64,000 nt of DNA from Candidatus Bathyarchaeum tardum (GCA_024650005.2 CP122380.1:1184001-1248000), one strand, 5' to 3'. Counted from the stretch's first letter, positions 30,622 to 39,910 are shown. Program-made: numbers and translations. Notes: generated by a model not told the origin, from the sequence alone.

Positions 30622-31431
30622 TTATGTCATTAAAGGACGGTTTTTTGTCAAATCTATCCTTTCGGGATATGTATAAACATTCATTCGGTTGTCCCGAGCA
30701 AAACCAACTAATGTTACTCCCGTGATTTCTGCAACATCTAAACCGGAACTAATAGCTGCCGCTAAAGATGCAACAATCTGAATTTTCATTCGGGCCGCTT
30801 TTAGCACTAAATCCCCTGTCAGTCTGCCGCTTAAAGCAAGAAAACACTGAGAAAAAGCTACCTGATTTAATGCACCTGCACCAATAACTTTGTCTACAGC
30901 ATTGTGGCGACCAACATCTTCAGCTAAAAACAACAGTTTTCCATCTTTTGAATACAATGCAGCAGCGTGAACCCCACCTGTTGTTTTAAAATTTTCAGAT
31001 ACCTGATTAAGGTTTGTTACTGATTGATAAATTACTTTAGAATTAACTTTTAAGTTAAATTTCAATTTTGGGATGCTTTCAACAATTTCAGATATGGGTC
31101 GATAATCAGGTGAACCACAAGCTGAGACAATTCGGCGTGAAAATCGCTGGGACAATGAGATTCTTTGCGTGGCATCAATGTTTGGTTTTAGGGTTAATAT
31201 TCCACCTTTTTTTATAGTTAATTTTTCAATTTCGTCTGTAGACGTAAGAACTCCTTCCCCTAGAAGATGCCCTAGAACCATTTCTTTTTGCTGATTCGGG
31301 GAACAAAGAATTGTTCCGTAGTGACGTTTGTTAAGATAAATATGAAGGGCTTTTTCTTCTGCAACATAATCAGTTTGTTGTTTTATTGTTTGTTTTTTTG
31401 TGTTCAATCTGTTAATTTTGATTTCTCGCAA
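30622..31431 (-). CDS. fdhD: Formate dehydrogenase accessory sulfurtransferase
   Basis: SACG, TGGVHAAAL, EDVGRHNAVDKVIG, LSGR. Confidence 0.95.
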   Translation of the reverse strand: MREIKINRLNTKKQTIKQQTDYVAEEKALHIYLNKRHYGTILCSPNQQKEMVLGHLLGEGVLTSTDEIEKLTIKKGGILTLKPNIDATQRISLSQRFSRRIVSACGSPDYRPISEIVESIPKLKFNLKVNSKVIYQSVTNLNQVSENFKTTGGVHAAALYSKDGKLLFLAEDVGRHNAVDKVIGAGALNQVAFSQCFLALSGRLTGDLVLKAARMKIQIVASLAAAISSGLDVAEITGVTLVGFARDNRMNVYTYPERIDLTKNRPLMT

Positions 31432-31443
31432 ACTGGTTGCATC

Positions 31444-32379
31444 CTAAGTCTTAAGCTCAGAGTGAATATATTTGATGATTTCTTCTGCAATGTTTGTTTG
31501 AGTAACGGACTGCAATCCTCTCCATCCCGGCTGACTATTGAGTTCAATGAGCACGGGTCCATTTGGTCCTTCTATTAAGTCTACTCCGGTTACTTTGCAG
31601 CCAATGACTTTTGCTGCTTGTAATGCAATTTTTTCCAGTTCTTCCGGCAACTGGATAGATACAGGTTTTGCACCAAGACTTACGTTGGTTTTCCAACTTG
31701 ACGATACACGTCGCATTGAAGCTACAACACGGTCTCCAATTACGAATGCTCGTATGTCTGAGCCGCCGTGATTAACGAATTCTTGGAGGTACAAAACTCC
31801 ATGATGAAAAGACACTGCCCTGAAGATTCTTGCTGCTACATCGGGATCTGTAACTCTACTTGTCCCGACGCCTCGAGAACCGAATAATGGTTTTACTACT
31901 ATGTCTCCACCTAGTTCATAGAAGCATTTTAAAGCTTCATCATGGTTTTCGGTTACTGCTGTTCGGGGAACAGGTAAACCATTTTCGTGAAAAAGGGTTA
32001 ACGTGCAATATTTGTCTACAGCACGTTCAATTGCCAAGGGTGAATTGATTATTAGTAATCCTTGGCGTTCCAGCATATGAAGAAGGTTCATTCTGAACAA
32101 AATTTCTTCTAATGAGCCACGTCCTATGGGGCGAGTTATCATTGCATCTATGTCGTGCAAAAGGTTGAGATCTTTAACTGAAGCTTCAGGGCTGTAATTG
32201 ATGCGCCCAATTATTGTACGATAACCAAAACAGACAGGTGTTATGTTCTGTGTTTTCATTGCTTTTCGTAATTGTGTGGTGCACCATCCATCTTGGTCTC
32301 GGGTCATGATTCCAATTTTCAAGTGTAATCCCTTCTGCATCAAATTATGATTCTGACAGATTAACGTAATGCTACCCAA
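31444..32379 (-). CDS. RimK-family ATP-grasp ligase (H4MPT:alpha-L-glutamate ligase MptN-like)
   Basis: DKY, VVKPLFGSRG.G, YLQEFV, DIRAFV, WKTNVSLG, ELNSQPGW. Confidence 0.88.
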   Translation of the reverse strand: MGSITLICQNHNLMQKGLHLKIGIMTRDQDGWCTTQLRKAMKTQNITPVCFGYRTIIGRINYSPEASVKDLNLLHDIDAMITRPIGRGSLEEILFRMNLLHMLERQGLLIINSPLAIERAVDKYCTLTLFHENGLPVPRTAVTENHDEALKCFYELGGDIVVKPLFGSRGVGTSRVTDPDVAARIFRAVSFHHGVLYLQEFVNHGGSDIRAFVIGDRVVASMRRVSSSWKTNVSLGAKPVSIQLPEELEKIALQAAKVIGCKVTGVDLIEGPNGPVLIELNSQPGWRGLQSVTQTNIAEEIIKYIHSELKT

Positions 32380-32554
32380 ATTGTTTTCGAAAGAAAAAGT
32401 ATCTAGGTCACTGCTATTACGAATGACATGAGAACATTTAGTGATGCAACGATTCTTGTGCTAAAAAAAATCAAAGAAACTAATTTTCAACATTACTGAT
32501 ATTAATCCAATAATAAGTTGCAATTTCAAGATAATCTGTCAATTCAGTAAAATA

Positions 32555-33799
32555 TTACAAAATAAAGGGAATCACCGCAATCATTACCAGAATTAAAATT
32601 AGTGCAACTGTAACAGCTTGAGTAATTCGGGAAATTGTTTTTTCACTTGCTTTTTGGGCCAGTAAACTTTTGAGGGAAATGTCTAGTATGCGTCCCCCAT
32701 CGAGGGGGTATATTGGTAGTGCATTGAATATTGCGACATTAAGGTTTACGAACCATAACCAGAAGAAAATGTTAGCATAGACATGCCAGTTTGATCCAAG
32801 AGAATGGGTATAGAACGAAGATAATGAATCAGAAAATGGAACTAATCCGGGAGCTAACGATGGTGGAACCATGTATAGGGTTAATGTATCTAATGTTAGG
32901 GTTCCGTAGAAGTCTATTCTTTCTTTTGTTAGTAGGTCTCCTAGAGTAATGCCCATTACTGCAGTTCCATTGGATTCTGTCAAAGTAATTATTGTTGAAT
33001 ATGTTTCGTTCCAGTTTTTTCCTCTAGATACAGTAACGTTGATAATGTCCCCAGGATTTTTGTCTGCAAATATGGGTTTTAGATCTGTTTCATATTTTTC
33101 TATGGGTAAACCGTTTATTGAAACAAAAACGTCTGCAGGCATCAATCCTGCTTGTTCTGCAGGCATTCCTTCTATAACTTCGGAAATATATACACCATTT
33201 ACTACTGGTGTTAATCCGTTAACAATCAAGAGCATAGCAATAAGACACACGACAGCAACAACAGTATTTCCTGCAACACCTCCTGCCATGACTCTTAATG
33301 AGTTTTTAGGTTTTGATTTTTCTATTTGTTCTTCGTCAACGTCAACAAAGGCTCCGATTGGAACAATAAAGAAGAACAAAAGTCCACTTGATTTAACATT
33401 GAATCCTCTATTTCGGGCAATTATTCCATGGGCTCCTTCATGAATTACAACAGCACAAACTATTGCAATCCACCCGTAAAATATTGGAAGAATCGGATTA
33501 ATTCCCGGTAGCAGAAGATAAGAAGCTGGACCTAATTCTTGTGTAATTTGTCGGGCTTCTGGCGTCCAAAGTAATGTAAACAAACTAGTAGACACCAAGT
33601 AAAGTCCAATAGCAGCAATTATAGGAACAATAACAAGGGCAGCCCATCCAATCCACTTTGAAATTCTTAATGCACCTAGGCGATCGAAAACTCCACTGAA
33701 AATTTTGGTCCTAATAGTTAACATTGGAAAACTGAATTCGACTCTTCCAGGTTCTTTTTCTTCAGATTCAATGTTAGGTTCACCCAAGGACTTCACCAA
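32555..33799 (-). CDS. Site-2 protease (M50) with PDZ domain
   Basis: IHEGAHG, GAFVD, FNALPIYPLDGG. Confidence 0.95.
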   Translation of the reverse strand: MVKSLGEPNIESEEKEPGRVEFSFPMLTIRTKIFSGVFDRLGALRISKWIGWAALVIVPIIAAIGLYLVSTSLFTLLWTPEARQITQELGPASYLLLPGINPILPIFYGWIAIVCAVVIHEGAHGIIARNRGFNVKSSGLLFFFIVPIGAFVDVDEEQIEKSKPKNSLRVMAGGVAGNTVVAVVCLIAMLLIVNGLTPVVNGVYISEVIEGMPAEQAGLMPADVFVSINGLPIEKYETDLKPIFADKNPGDIINVTVSRGKNWNETYSTIITLTESNGTAVMGITLGDLLTKERIDFYGTLTLDTLTLYMVPPSLAPGLVPFSDSLSSFYTHSLGSNWHVYANIFFWLWFVNLNVAIFNALPIYPLDGGRILDISLKSLLAQKASEKTISRITQAVTVALILILVMIAVIPFIL

Positions 33800-33823
33800 C
33801 GTTTTAACAAAGTAAATTAATAA

Positions 33824-33840
33824 TAAACCTATAAAACTAT
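33824..33840 (+). repeat. Putative att site (left), coincident with the TATA-like box of the site-2 protease gene
   Basis: TAAACCTATAAAACTAT; reads GTTTTATAGGTTTA on -, about 25-35 bp upstream of TTG 33799. Confidence 0.72.
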
Positions 33841-33855
33841 TGAAGTTTCAATAGA

Positions 33856-35031
33856 TTAACACAACTTTGCTCTACGATAGACTGCTTCACCATGAATGGA
33901 GTCGTATCGGATGAATGTCCAGTTTTCACAAAGGAGCTGGTTTTCTTCTTCTTTGGTTGTTGCTCGTTTGACTTCCCATTGTGTTGGTGCTTGTGGTCTG
34001 TAGTGTGTGTATCGGTCTGTTGATTGACTTGACCTGTGTCCAAGCATTTGTTGAACGTCTCGGTGATGTTTTCCTTTTTTGTATAGTTCGATTGTTGCTC
34101 GTAGGTGTCGCATTGTGTGAAAGTGGATGTTGTTTAGTTCGGGTTTATCTAATTTTTTTGCGAGTTTTTTTCTTGAATTTGTGAAAGCGGTGGTGTGACT
34201 TGGTGCTTTTGGGTTGAAAATGTAGCCATCTTCCCGTTTTTGGAGTCTTTTTAGTTTAGATAATAGTTCTATGCTGACGTTGATGCTTCTTGCATTTCCG
34301 CGTTTTTCGGGTGCGTTTATGTTGATTTTTTGGTTGTTCCAGTCTATATCTTCCCATGTGAGTTTGCAGGCTTCTCCGATTCTGCATCCTGTTTCGAAAC
34401 ATACATGCAGTATTGTTCCCGTTTTTTTGCCTAGTCCAGCTATCAGAATTTTTACGTTTTCTTCTGTTGGAAGTTTTTGAATTTTTGTGGGAACGTGGAT
34501 TCGTGGTGCATCCCAGAAGATTTTGCGCCATTTGCAGTAGGCTTGGTATGTGTTAACGTAGCATTTTTTGTATGATTTACTCCATCCAGATAGAGCTAGA
34601 ACGGTCTCTACTGATTCGGGTTCGTCAAGGTCTGCTTTGAGGTCTACAAGTTTGTTGAGGTGAAAGGTTCTGGTTTTGATTGTGTGTTTTGAGTATTCTT
34701 TTCGTTGCATATACCAGCTGAATTGTTCGATAATCGTTGTGTATTGGTGTTGTTTCTCCCTCAGAACATTTTTTGTTTTTGTTCTGGTCAAATTTTTCGA
34801 GTCTTCTGTCAAGGGCACGCATATTTGACGAGTTGGTTTTTGTTGGTTGTTGCTTATGTTATTTTTCCTTGAATATTTGGACTCACTGAATCGAAAACCA
34901 CAATCTCTGCAAACATATCGTTGAATTTTTCCGAAGGGTGTGTTTCGTAGCCCATCTTTCCATACTTTTTTGCTTTGACATTGGGGGCATTTTCTATTTG
35001 CTGTTTCACCTCCTTGCAGTTTTTGTGCCAA
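33856..35031 (-). CDS. Tyrosine integrase with N-terminal zinc ribbon
   Basis: CPQC...CRDC; TGCRIGE, EKRG, HTMRH, LGH, RYTH catalytic residues intact. Confidence 0.93.
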   Translation of the reverse strand: MAQKLQGGETANRKCPQCQSKKVWKDGLRNTPFGKIQRYVCRDCGFRFSESKYSRKNNISNNQQKPTRQICVPLTEDSKNLTRTKTKNVLREKQHQYTTIIEQFSWYMQRKEYSKHTIKTRTFHLNKLVDLKADLDEPESVETVLALSGWSKSYKKCYVNTYQAYCKWRKIFWDAPRIHVPTKIQKLPTEENVKILIAGLGKKTGTILHVCFETGCRIGEACKLTWEDIDWNNQKININAPEKRGNARSINVSIELLSKLKRLQKREDGYIFNPKAPSHTTAFTNSRKKLAKKLDKPELNNIHFHTMRHLRATIELYKKGKHHRDVQQMLGHRSSQSTDRYTHYRPQAPTQWEVKRATTKEEENQLLCENWTFIRYDSIHGEAVYRRAKLC

Positions 35032-35074
35032 CTGTAAGCCTCCGTAAGCATAATGGGAAAAGCAATATATAATC

Positions 35075-35098
35075 GGTAAAGTAAATTTACTGGTAAAG
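35075..35098. promoter_or_regulatory. Candidate operator in the divergent int/HTH promoter
   Basis: Perfect palindrome AGTAAATTTACT (35080..35091) flanked by GGTAAAG direct repeats. Confidence 0.45.
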
Positions 35099-35102
35099 GA
35101 GA

Positions 35103-35702
35103 ATGACTTTCTTGGATAAGATTTTAGATGACCACTGTGCTAGAATTTTTTCGTTGTTAATGGCGTCGTTAAATGAATTTAGATTTAATGAACTTCATAG
35201 AACGTTAGAGCAGTTTGGGGCTAAAATGTCAAAGCCTACGCTAATTCAACATTTGCAACATCTTCAAGAAAGAGGGTTTATTGTTCGAAAAGAAGAGGAA
35301 AAGCAGAAAGTAACTTACGAAGTGAATTGGGAAAAGTTTGATTACCTTAAAAAAAGTTTGGAGCATAAACAGAGAATAATTCTCAATAATAAAAATCAAG
35401 AACGTTTCAAAGAACTTGAACCTAAAGAGCAACTGGAAACCTTGTGTTTTATTCTTACTTTAGGAGAATTCTTAAGAATAAAAATTGAGCTTGATGATGT
35501 TTTGGAGCCTGATAAGAAGCCTGAGCATCGTTTTTCTTACCTGTTTATGAGTAAATTTCTTGATGTGTATCGTCTTTGGTTCCAAGATACACTTAATGCT
35601 TTGACTAAGAAAGAGGTTCAGGAATTAATGGTTCCTCTTGAGAAATTAATATCTGATGTGAGAAATGAAATTTTTACGTCAGTAGAGCCTGAGTCAGATT
35701 GA
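35103..35702 (+). CDS. wHTH (HxlR/ArsR-like) regulator of the element
   Basis: FRFNELHR.L......SKPTL..HL..L.E.GFI.R......YE.N; divergent from integrase. Confidence 0.8.
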   Translation: MTFLDKILDDHCARIFSLLMASLNEFRFNELHRTLEQFGAKMSKPTLIQHLQHLQERGFIVRKEEEKQKVTYEVNWEKFDYLKKSLEHKQRIILNNKNQERFKELEPKEQLETLCFILTLGEFLRIKIELDDVLEPDKKPEHRFSYLFMSKFLDVYRLWFQDTLNALTKKEVQELMVPLEKLISDVRNEIFTSVEPESD

Positions 35703-35704
35703 TT

Positions 35705-35885
35705 TCGTGCTTGCGCGCCTTTCGGCTCGCACGCCAAGCGGACGAGACACCTTGTTTCTCGTGCTCTTCCGTTTGAGTTTTGACAACTCGTGCCCCCCCG
35801 TTATCGCCACCGCTGTAAACAGCGCAAGAAGTGGCGTTACTCGTTCGCCCCCCATACGAGCGTACAGGGGGGACTCACGTCAAAA
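35705..35885. other. GC-rich multi-hairpin region: candidate single-strand origin or structured ncRNA
   Basis: Nested IRs: TGCG.GCC-TTTC-GGC.CGCA, ACGAGA/TCTCGT, TTTTGAC/GTCAAAA, CCCCCC/GGGGGG, CGCCAC/GTGGCG, CGCTGT/ACAGCG, CTCGT/ACGAG. Confidence 0.65.
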
Positions 35886-35937
35886 GAAATCTGCATACAT
35901 GAGAAAATCTGTTAATTAAAGCACTATACTTCAGTTT

Positions 35938-37035
35938 TTAATCTGTTTTTTTACGTAATTCAACTATCATTGTTTGGACTTCTGAGTCATTAAAAGTTTC
36001 AGCAATTTCTCCAAAATTTGTTATTTGCATATTGCATCCTGTTTCAATTGCTCTAGCCAAAACCATTGCATGTTTATTCTTTTTTCCTCTGGACAATAAG
36101 TATATTACTTCAGCGCCCTCTTCGATGCAGTGTTGGGCATAAAGTAAATGGTTTCCTAAGCCATCATTTTTGAGTTTATGTGTTTCTGCAATTAACACAA
36201 ATGCAACTTTGATGTGTCTTTTTACAAATGGATCAGCTTTACTGAGTTCACCTCTTTTTCGAGTTGAGAGAACATCGAGATGATTTGCAAATTCTTCAGT
36301 TTCAATCATAGCGGAAGTGTAAGTTCTGGGATAGAGGGAAAGCCCCAATTCTTTAATTTCTTCCAAATATATTCTAGTAAAGTATCCGTGATCATCTAGA
36401 TTTGCCATTAAATCTATGTGTTTTTGAACTTCTGGTGAAGTTATTTTTTTATTTAAAACATTTGTTAAATAGTAATCAAAAGCTCCCGAATCTTTCTCAT
36501 ATAAAATTTTTCTAACTACTGTTGAATCAATAGCTGTTTCAATAGATTCAGGTAAATATTGTCTTGAATAGGGAACAAGTCCTTTAGAAACATAATCAAC
36601 AACTGCATAAGCTACGTTTCTAGGATTTGCCTCATGTTCTTTCATTCTTATAACGACTAATTCTTGGTCGGTATCAATGTATGAATCTTTATCAACCCAT
36701 TCAACTTTTGCTGGATATGGAAACAAGCCTTTAACTTCATTATTTATTTCTTCTTGAGAAAAATTTAGGCTTTTTTGAATCTGATGAGCGACTGCGCCTC
36801 TTTCTGCAAAATCTAGGAAAGAAAATGCTTTTCCCAGCAGAACACTTACAGTCTCGAAGTATGGAACAGAAGTAATTAGATATAATACCAAAATGCCTAA
36901 AGAAAATCCACTTCCTACTGTTCCAATTATTTGTAAAATAATATTTTGAGTTAAATATACTGCACTGAGTATTGCTGTAAAAGTAAGTATAAGGGCTAAA
37001 AGAAAATATAATGAGTTTTTGAGATTCATAATCAC
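35938..37035 (-). CDS. Membrane-anchored hypothetical protein (2 N-terminal TMs, large soluble domain); element cargo
   Basis: 365-aa ORF overlapping the upstream 84-aa gene by 4 bp. Confidence 0.8.
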   Translation of the reverse strand: MIMNLKNSLYFLLALILTFTAILSAVYLTQNIILQIIGTVGSGFSLGILVLYLITSVPYFETVSVLLGKAFSFLDFAERGAVAHQIQKSLNFSQEEINNEVKGLFPYPAKVEWVDKDSYIDTDQELVVIRMKEHEANPRNVAYAVVDYVSKGLVPYSRQYLPESIETAIDSTVVRKILYEKDSGAFDYYLTNVLNKKITSPEVQKHIDLMANLDDHGYFTRIYLEEIKELGLSLYPRTYTSAMIETEEFANHLDVLSTRKRGELSKADPFVKRHIKVAFVLIAETHKLKNDGLGNHLLYAQHCIEEGAEVIYLLSRGKKNKHAMVLARAIETGCNMQITNFGEIAETFNDSEVQTMIVELRKKTD

Positions 37036-37286
37036 TTTTCCTCTTCTTTAAAAATTGGTTCTTTTTTAAATTGTCTTTTTTTAAATTCATAAAAACACAG
37101 AATATTATCACAGCAAATCTTCGCATTTCCTTCTTTAATGGTCATAAAACCCAAGTTGTCTAAGGTTATAACGCAATTGCACTCGGAACATATTATTTCT
37201 TGATTTTTAATCTGTTCAAGAAGATTTAATCTTTTTAACAAGTCAAGAAGATCTCTATCATGTACTGCATGAATCTTTTTTTTCAT
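37032..37286 (-). CDS. Small Cys-rich putative zinc-binding protein; element cargo
   Basis: AVHDRDL..LL..L, CSEC...IT.DNL, CCDNILC. Confidence 0.78.
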   Translation of the reverse strand: MKKKIHAVHDRDLLDLLKRLNLLEQIKNQEIICSECNCVITLDNLGFMTIKEGNAKICCDNILCFYEFKKRQFKKEPIFKEEEK

Positions 37287-37383
37287 GACAAGTAATCACT
37301 CAGAATAAGTTATTTTATTAGGTATTTAAAATTTTCAATAAAGATTAATAATTTTTTAATAGCATAATGAAATATAATTAAGT

Positions 37384-38130
37384 TTGTTTACAATGTATTA
37401 TCTAGAGGGTTTAATTCTAGTTCGATTTATTCTTGGTTTGTTATTCTTCCTTTATGCTTCATTAAGCTATCATGATAATCGATGTGTGGACAACAAATGT
37501 TGGATTTTGATGGGTTATTGTGGTTTTTGGGCATTTTTCATTAAGACTTTTATTCTAACTATTCCCACAGAACAACCTGATTTGATTTTCCAACTCATAG
37601 TGAATGTGATGTTCATGTCAATTTTTGCTATTGGAATGTTTTATTTAGGGGAATTTGGAGGTGCTGTTGCAAAAGGACTGATTGCAATATCACTGTTCAT
37701 TCCAGAATGGAATAGCATTTTTTGGATGCCATTACCATCTGCTTTCCTAATAATACTGCTGTTTGCATTTTTTGAGTTAATTAAAAATTTGTTTAACGTC
37801 GCATTGAACATATATCATAGAGAATTTGAATTTCCGACAATGTTTACCAAAACAAAAATGGATATTGAAAAGATAGCAAATGATGACCATTCATTTCCAG
37901 CGGAGGAAATTATTGATGGAAAGCGGGTTAAGGTATCATCTTTTAAAATATCGGTAGACGATTTTTATGATAAAGAATTAAAAGAAGAACGCTTGAATGC
38001 ACTTCGAAACAAAGGAATAAATCGTGTTTGGGCAGAAAAATCATATAATGCAATTGCAATTTTACTTTCAGCATATGCTACATATCATACAATCATTTAC
38101 GGAATTTCAATCCTTGGAATACCTTGGTAA
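37384..38130 (+). CDS. A24 prepilin/preflagellin peptidase homolog, apparently inactive
   Basis: Multi-TM; FGGAVAKGL replaces GGADAK; ASLSYHDNR where AS..D...R is expected. Confidence 0.7.
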   Translation: MFTMYYLEGLILVRFILGLLFFLYASLSYHDNRCVDNKCWILMGYCGFWAFFIKTFILTIPTEQPDLIFQLIVNVMFMSIFAIGMFYLGEFGGAVAKGLIAISLFIPEWNSIFWMPLPSAFLIILLFAFFELIKNLFNVALNIYHREFEFPTMFTKTKMDIEKIANDDHSFPAEEIIDGKRVKVSSFKISVDDFYDKELKEERLNALRNKGINRVWAEKSYNAIAILLSAYATYHTIIYGISILGIPW

Positions 38131-38263
38131 AAATTCTGTAGTGTAGAAACTATTCGGTATTGGGACGAAGAATGGTTATCATTTCTGGCTCATTTATTTT
38201 AAATTTAAATGTAGTATACATCACTAAATCGATTTTATCGGGTTTGTCACTTTCAGATTTTTT

Positions 38264-39208
38264 TTAATGCTTTTCTTTAACAAAGTGGTATGAAATTTTT
38301 GTCTGTTCTTTGGTTAATTCAATAAACCTTCCTTGTTGCTGATGTTTTGTTAGACTAAGAATATTGAAAGGCACAATTCCAACGAAAGCAAAGACAAAGA
38401 ATTCAGTGGTTTCACCCGTTAAAGTTATTTGAATTTTTTTGTGGTTTGAATTATGCTTGGTCTTTATCAAGTCGATTAGCAGTTTGCGGAATTTTCCACT
38501 AACTGAGAAAGCACGTTTATTGAATAGCCAGCAGAGAGCTAATGTTTTGAGGGTTTTAGAGTCTTTATTTTCAGCATCAATACTTTTGAGAAGATACTTT
38601 TTCAAATAAGAAAATCCTCGACCAAGAGAATAAACTGCTTTAACATCAACGTGACTGTGCCAACCTTTAGAAAAGATGTCTTTTTCAGGAATCCGAAAGT
38701 TTCCCTTAGTGTCTCTGAACACTTGGAATTCTTGTTCAAATAACAAAATGCAATGAATGTGAGGATACCCGTTTTCATAAGATTCAAAAACTCGGCAACA
38801 TGAGACTTCTCCAATATTTTTTCTAACATAAGCCATGAAACAATTAAATTCTAATCCCATGTTTTCCCAAGCAGAGTCAAGAGAACAGCGTTTAGTATCA
38901 TAAGTTAATGTTACAAACAAAGCTCGTGTTGTTTTGTCATTCGTTCTATCTTTTGGATTAAAGAAATCCGCTTCATTTGCTAAATTGGAAAGTTCTCTGA
39001 AACGACGATAGACCCTCTTGCGATAAACGTCATTTCCTCGTTTTGAACACTTAATTGCAAATGTTTTGTGCTCATAATTTCGTAAATCGAGTCTATCAAA
39101 TATCATGTAGGTATCTTCGGAAACCCATTCAGAATATTTTTCCACAATCTCAGAAACAGAAAAATGACATCTCTTATGCTCTTTGAAAGCAGCTTTGCGA
39201 GAAAGCAA
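38264..39208 (-). CDS. rep: Rolling-circle replication initiator (HUH endonuclease, two-Tyr type)
   Basis: Motif I FVTLT, motif II GYPHIHCIL, motif III YLKKYL. Confidence 0.9.
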   Translation of the reverse strand: MLSRKAAFKEHKRCHFSVSEIVEKYSEWVSEDTYMIFDRLDLRNYEHKTFAIKCSKRGNDVYRKRVYRRFRELSNLANEADFFNPKDRTNDKTTRALFVTLTYDTKRCSLDSAWENMGLEFNCFMAYVRKNIGEVSCCRVFESYENGYPHIHCILLFEQEFQVFRDTKGNFRIPEKDIFSKGWHSHVDVKAVYSLGRGFSYLKKYLLKSIDAENKDSKTLKTLALCWLFNKRAFSVSGKFRKLLIDLIKTKHNSNHKKIQITLTGETTEFFVFAFVGIVPFNILSLTKHQQQGRFIELTKEQTKISYHFVKEKH

Positions 39209-39290
39209 GGTCTAGGCAAAATAGAAAATTTCAAAATGCCAAAAAAAAGGGAAATTTGAGGGAGCTAGTGGAGATGTCGCCAGTGAATGT

Positions 39291-39307
39291 TAAACCTATA
39301 AAACAAT
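39291..39307 (+). repeat. Putative att site (right)
   Basis: TAAACCTATAAAACAAT, 16/17 identical to 33824..33840. Confidence 0.72.
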
Positions 39308-39315
39308 CTGTTTTT

Positions 39316-39718
39316 TTAGGTATCAATATGTCTTTTTGTTCTCCTGTAAATTGCTTTTTTTGGTCTTCATCAAATCTAACAAAAGTCCAGTTCTCTGAAA
39401 GCAGTTGATTTTCTTCTTCTTTGGTTATTGCTCGTTTTACTTCCCATTTAGTTGGTGCTTTAGGTTTATCGTGAGTATAACGATCAGTTGATTGGTTTGA
39501 CCTATGACCTAGCATACACTGAACATCACGGTGATGTTTACCTTCTTTATACAGTTCAAGAGTAGCTCTTAGATGTCGCAAATTATGAAAGTTAATTTGT
39601 AAGTTCAGCTTTCTGAAGTTTTCTAGCTATTTTATTTCTTGCCCTAAAAAACCCTGCACAGTGGCTAGGTATCTTAGGGTTAAAGATGTAACCGTCTTTA
39701 CGTTTAGGTAAAGCTTTT
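39316..39718 (-). pseudogene. Frameshifted 3' fragment of a sister integrase
   Basis: KRKDGYIFNPK.PSH...|NFHNLRHLRATLELYK.GKHHRDVQ.MLGHRS.QSTDRYTH...|AIYRRTK; closely parallels the C-terminus of 33856..35031 with two frameshifts. Confidence 0.88.
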
Positions 39719-39910
39719 TTAGACTTTAAAATTCTACCTAATTTTTTATTTTCCATTTGGTTAATCTTCTGAAAATATATCCTAGAAAGGACGGAATTGT
39801 AACTATTGGAATTACAACTTCCAAATAATGATCTAGCAAAGAGCCTAAAGACATGGCTAACAATAGGATTAAAAACACAAAATCAACATACTGAATTTTT
39901 TGTTTTACAT

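Larger units (their letters stand above)
33824..39307. mobile_element. Integrated rolling-circle element (integrase + HUH Rep), ~5.5 kb, bounded by direct repeats
   Basis: Direct repeats TAAACCTATAAAAC(T/A)AT at 33824..33840 and 39291..39307; intact tyrosine integrase at one end and RCR Rep at the other. Confidence 0.8.

Noticed and set aside
33800-33856. tRNA gene as integrase target
   Set aside because: No tRNA-like sequence on either side of the element.
35707-35919. 70-aa ORF in the GC-rich tract
   Set aside because: Composition is explained by nested inverted repeats; no protein-like features.
39231-39581. 116-aa ORF as a functional gene
   Set aside because: It is a frameshift-derived reading of the integrase pseudogene running through the att repeat.
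33856-39718. SSV-type split integrase (intN/intC)
   Set aside because: One copy is full length and the other is a diverged duplicate of the same 3' part, not the complementary half.
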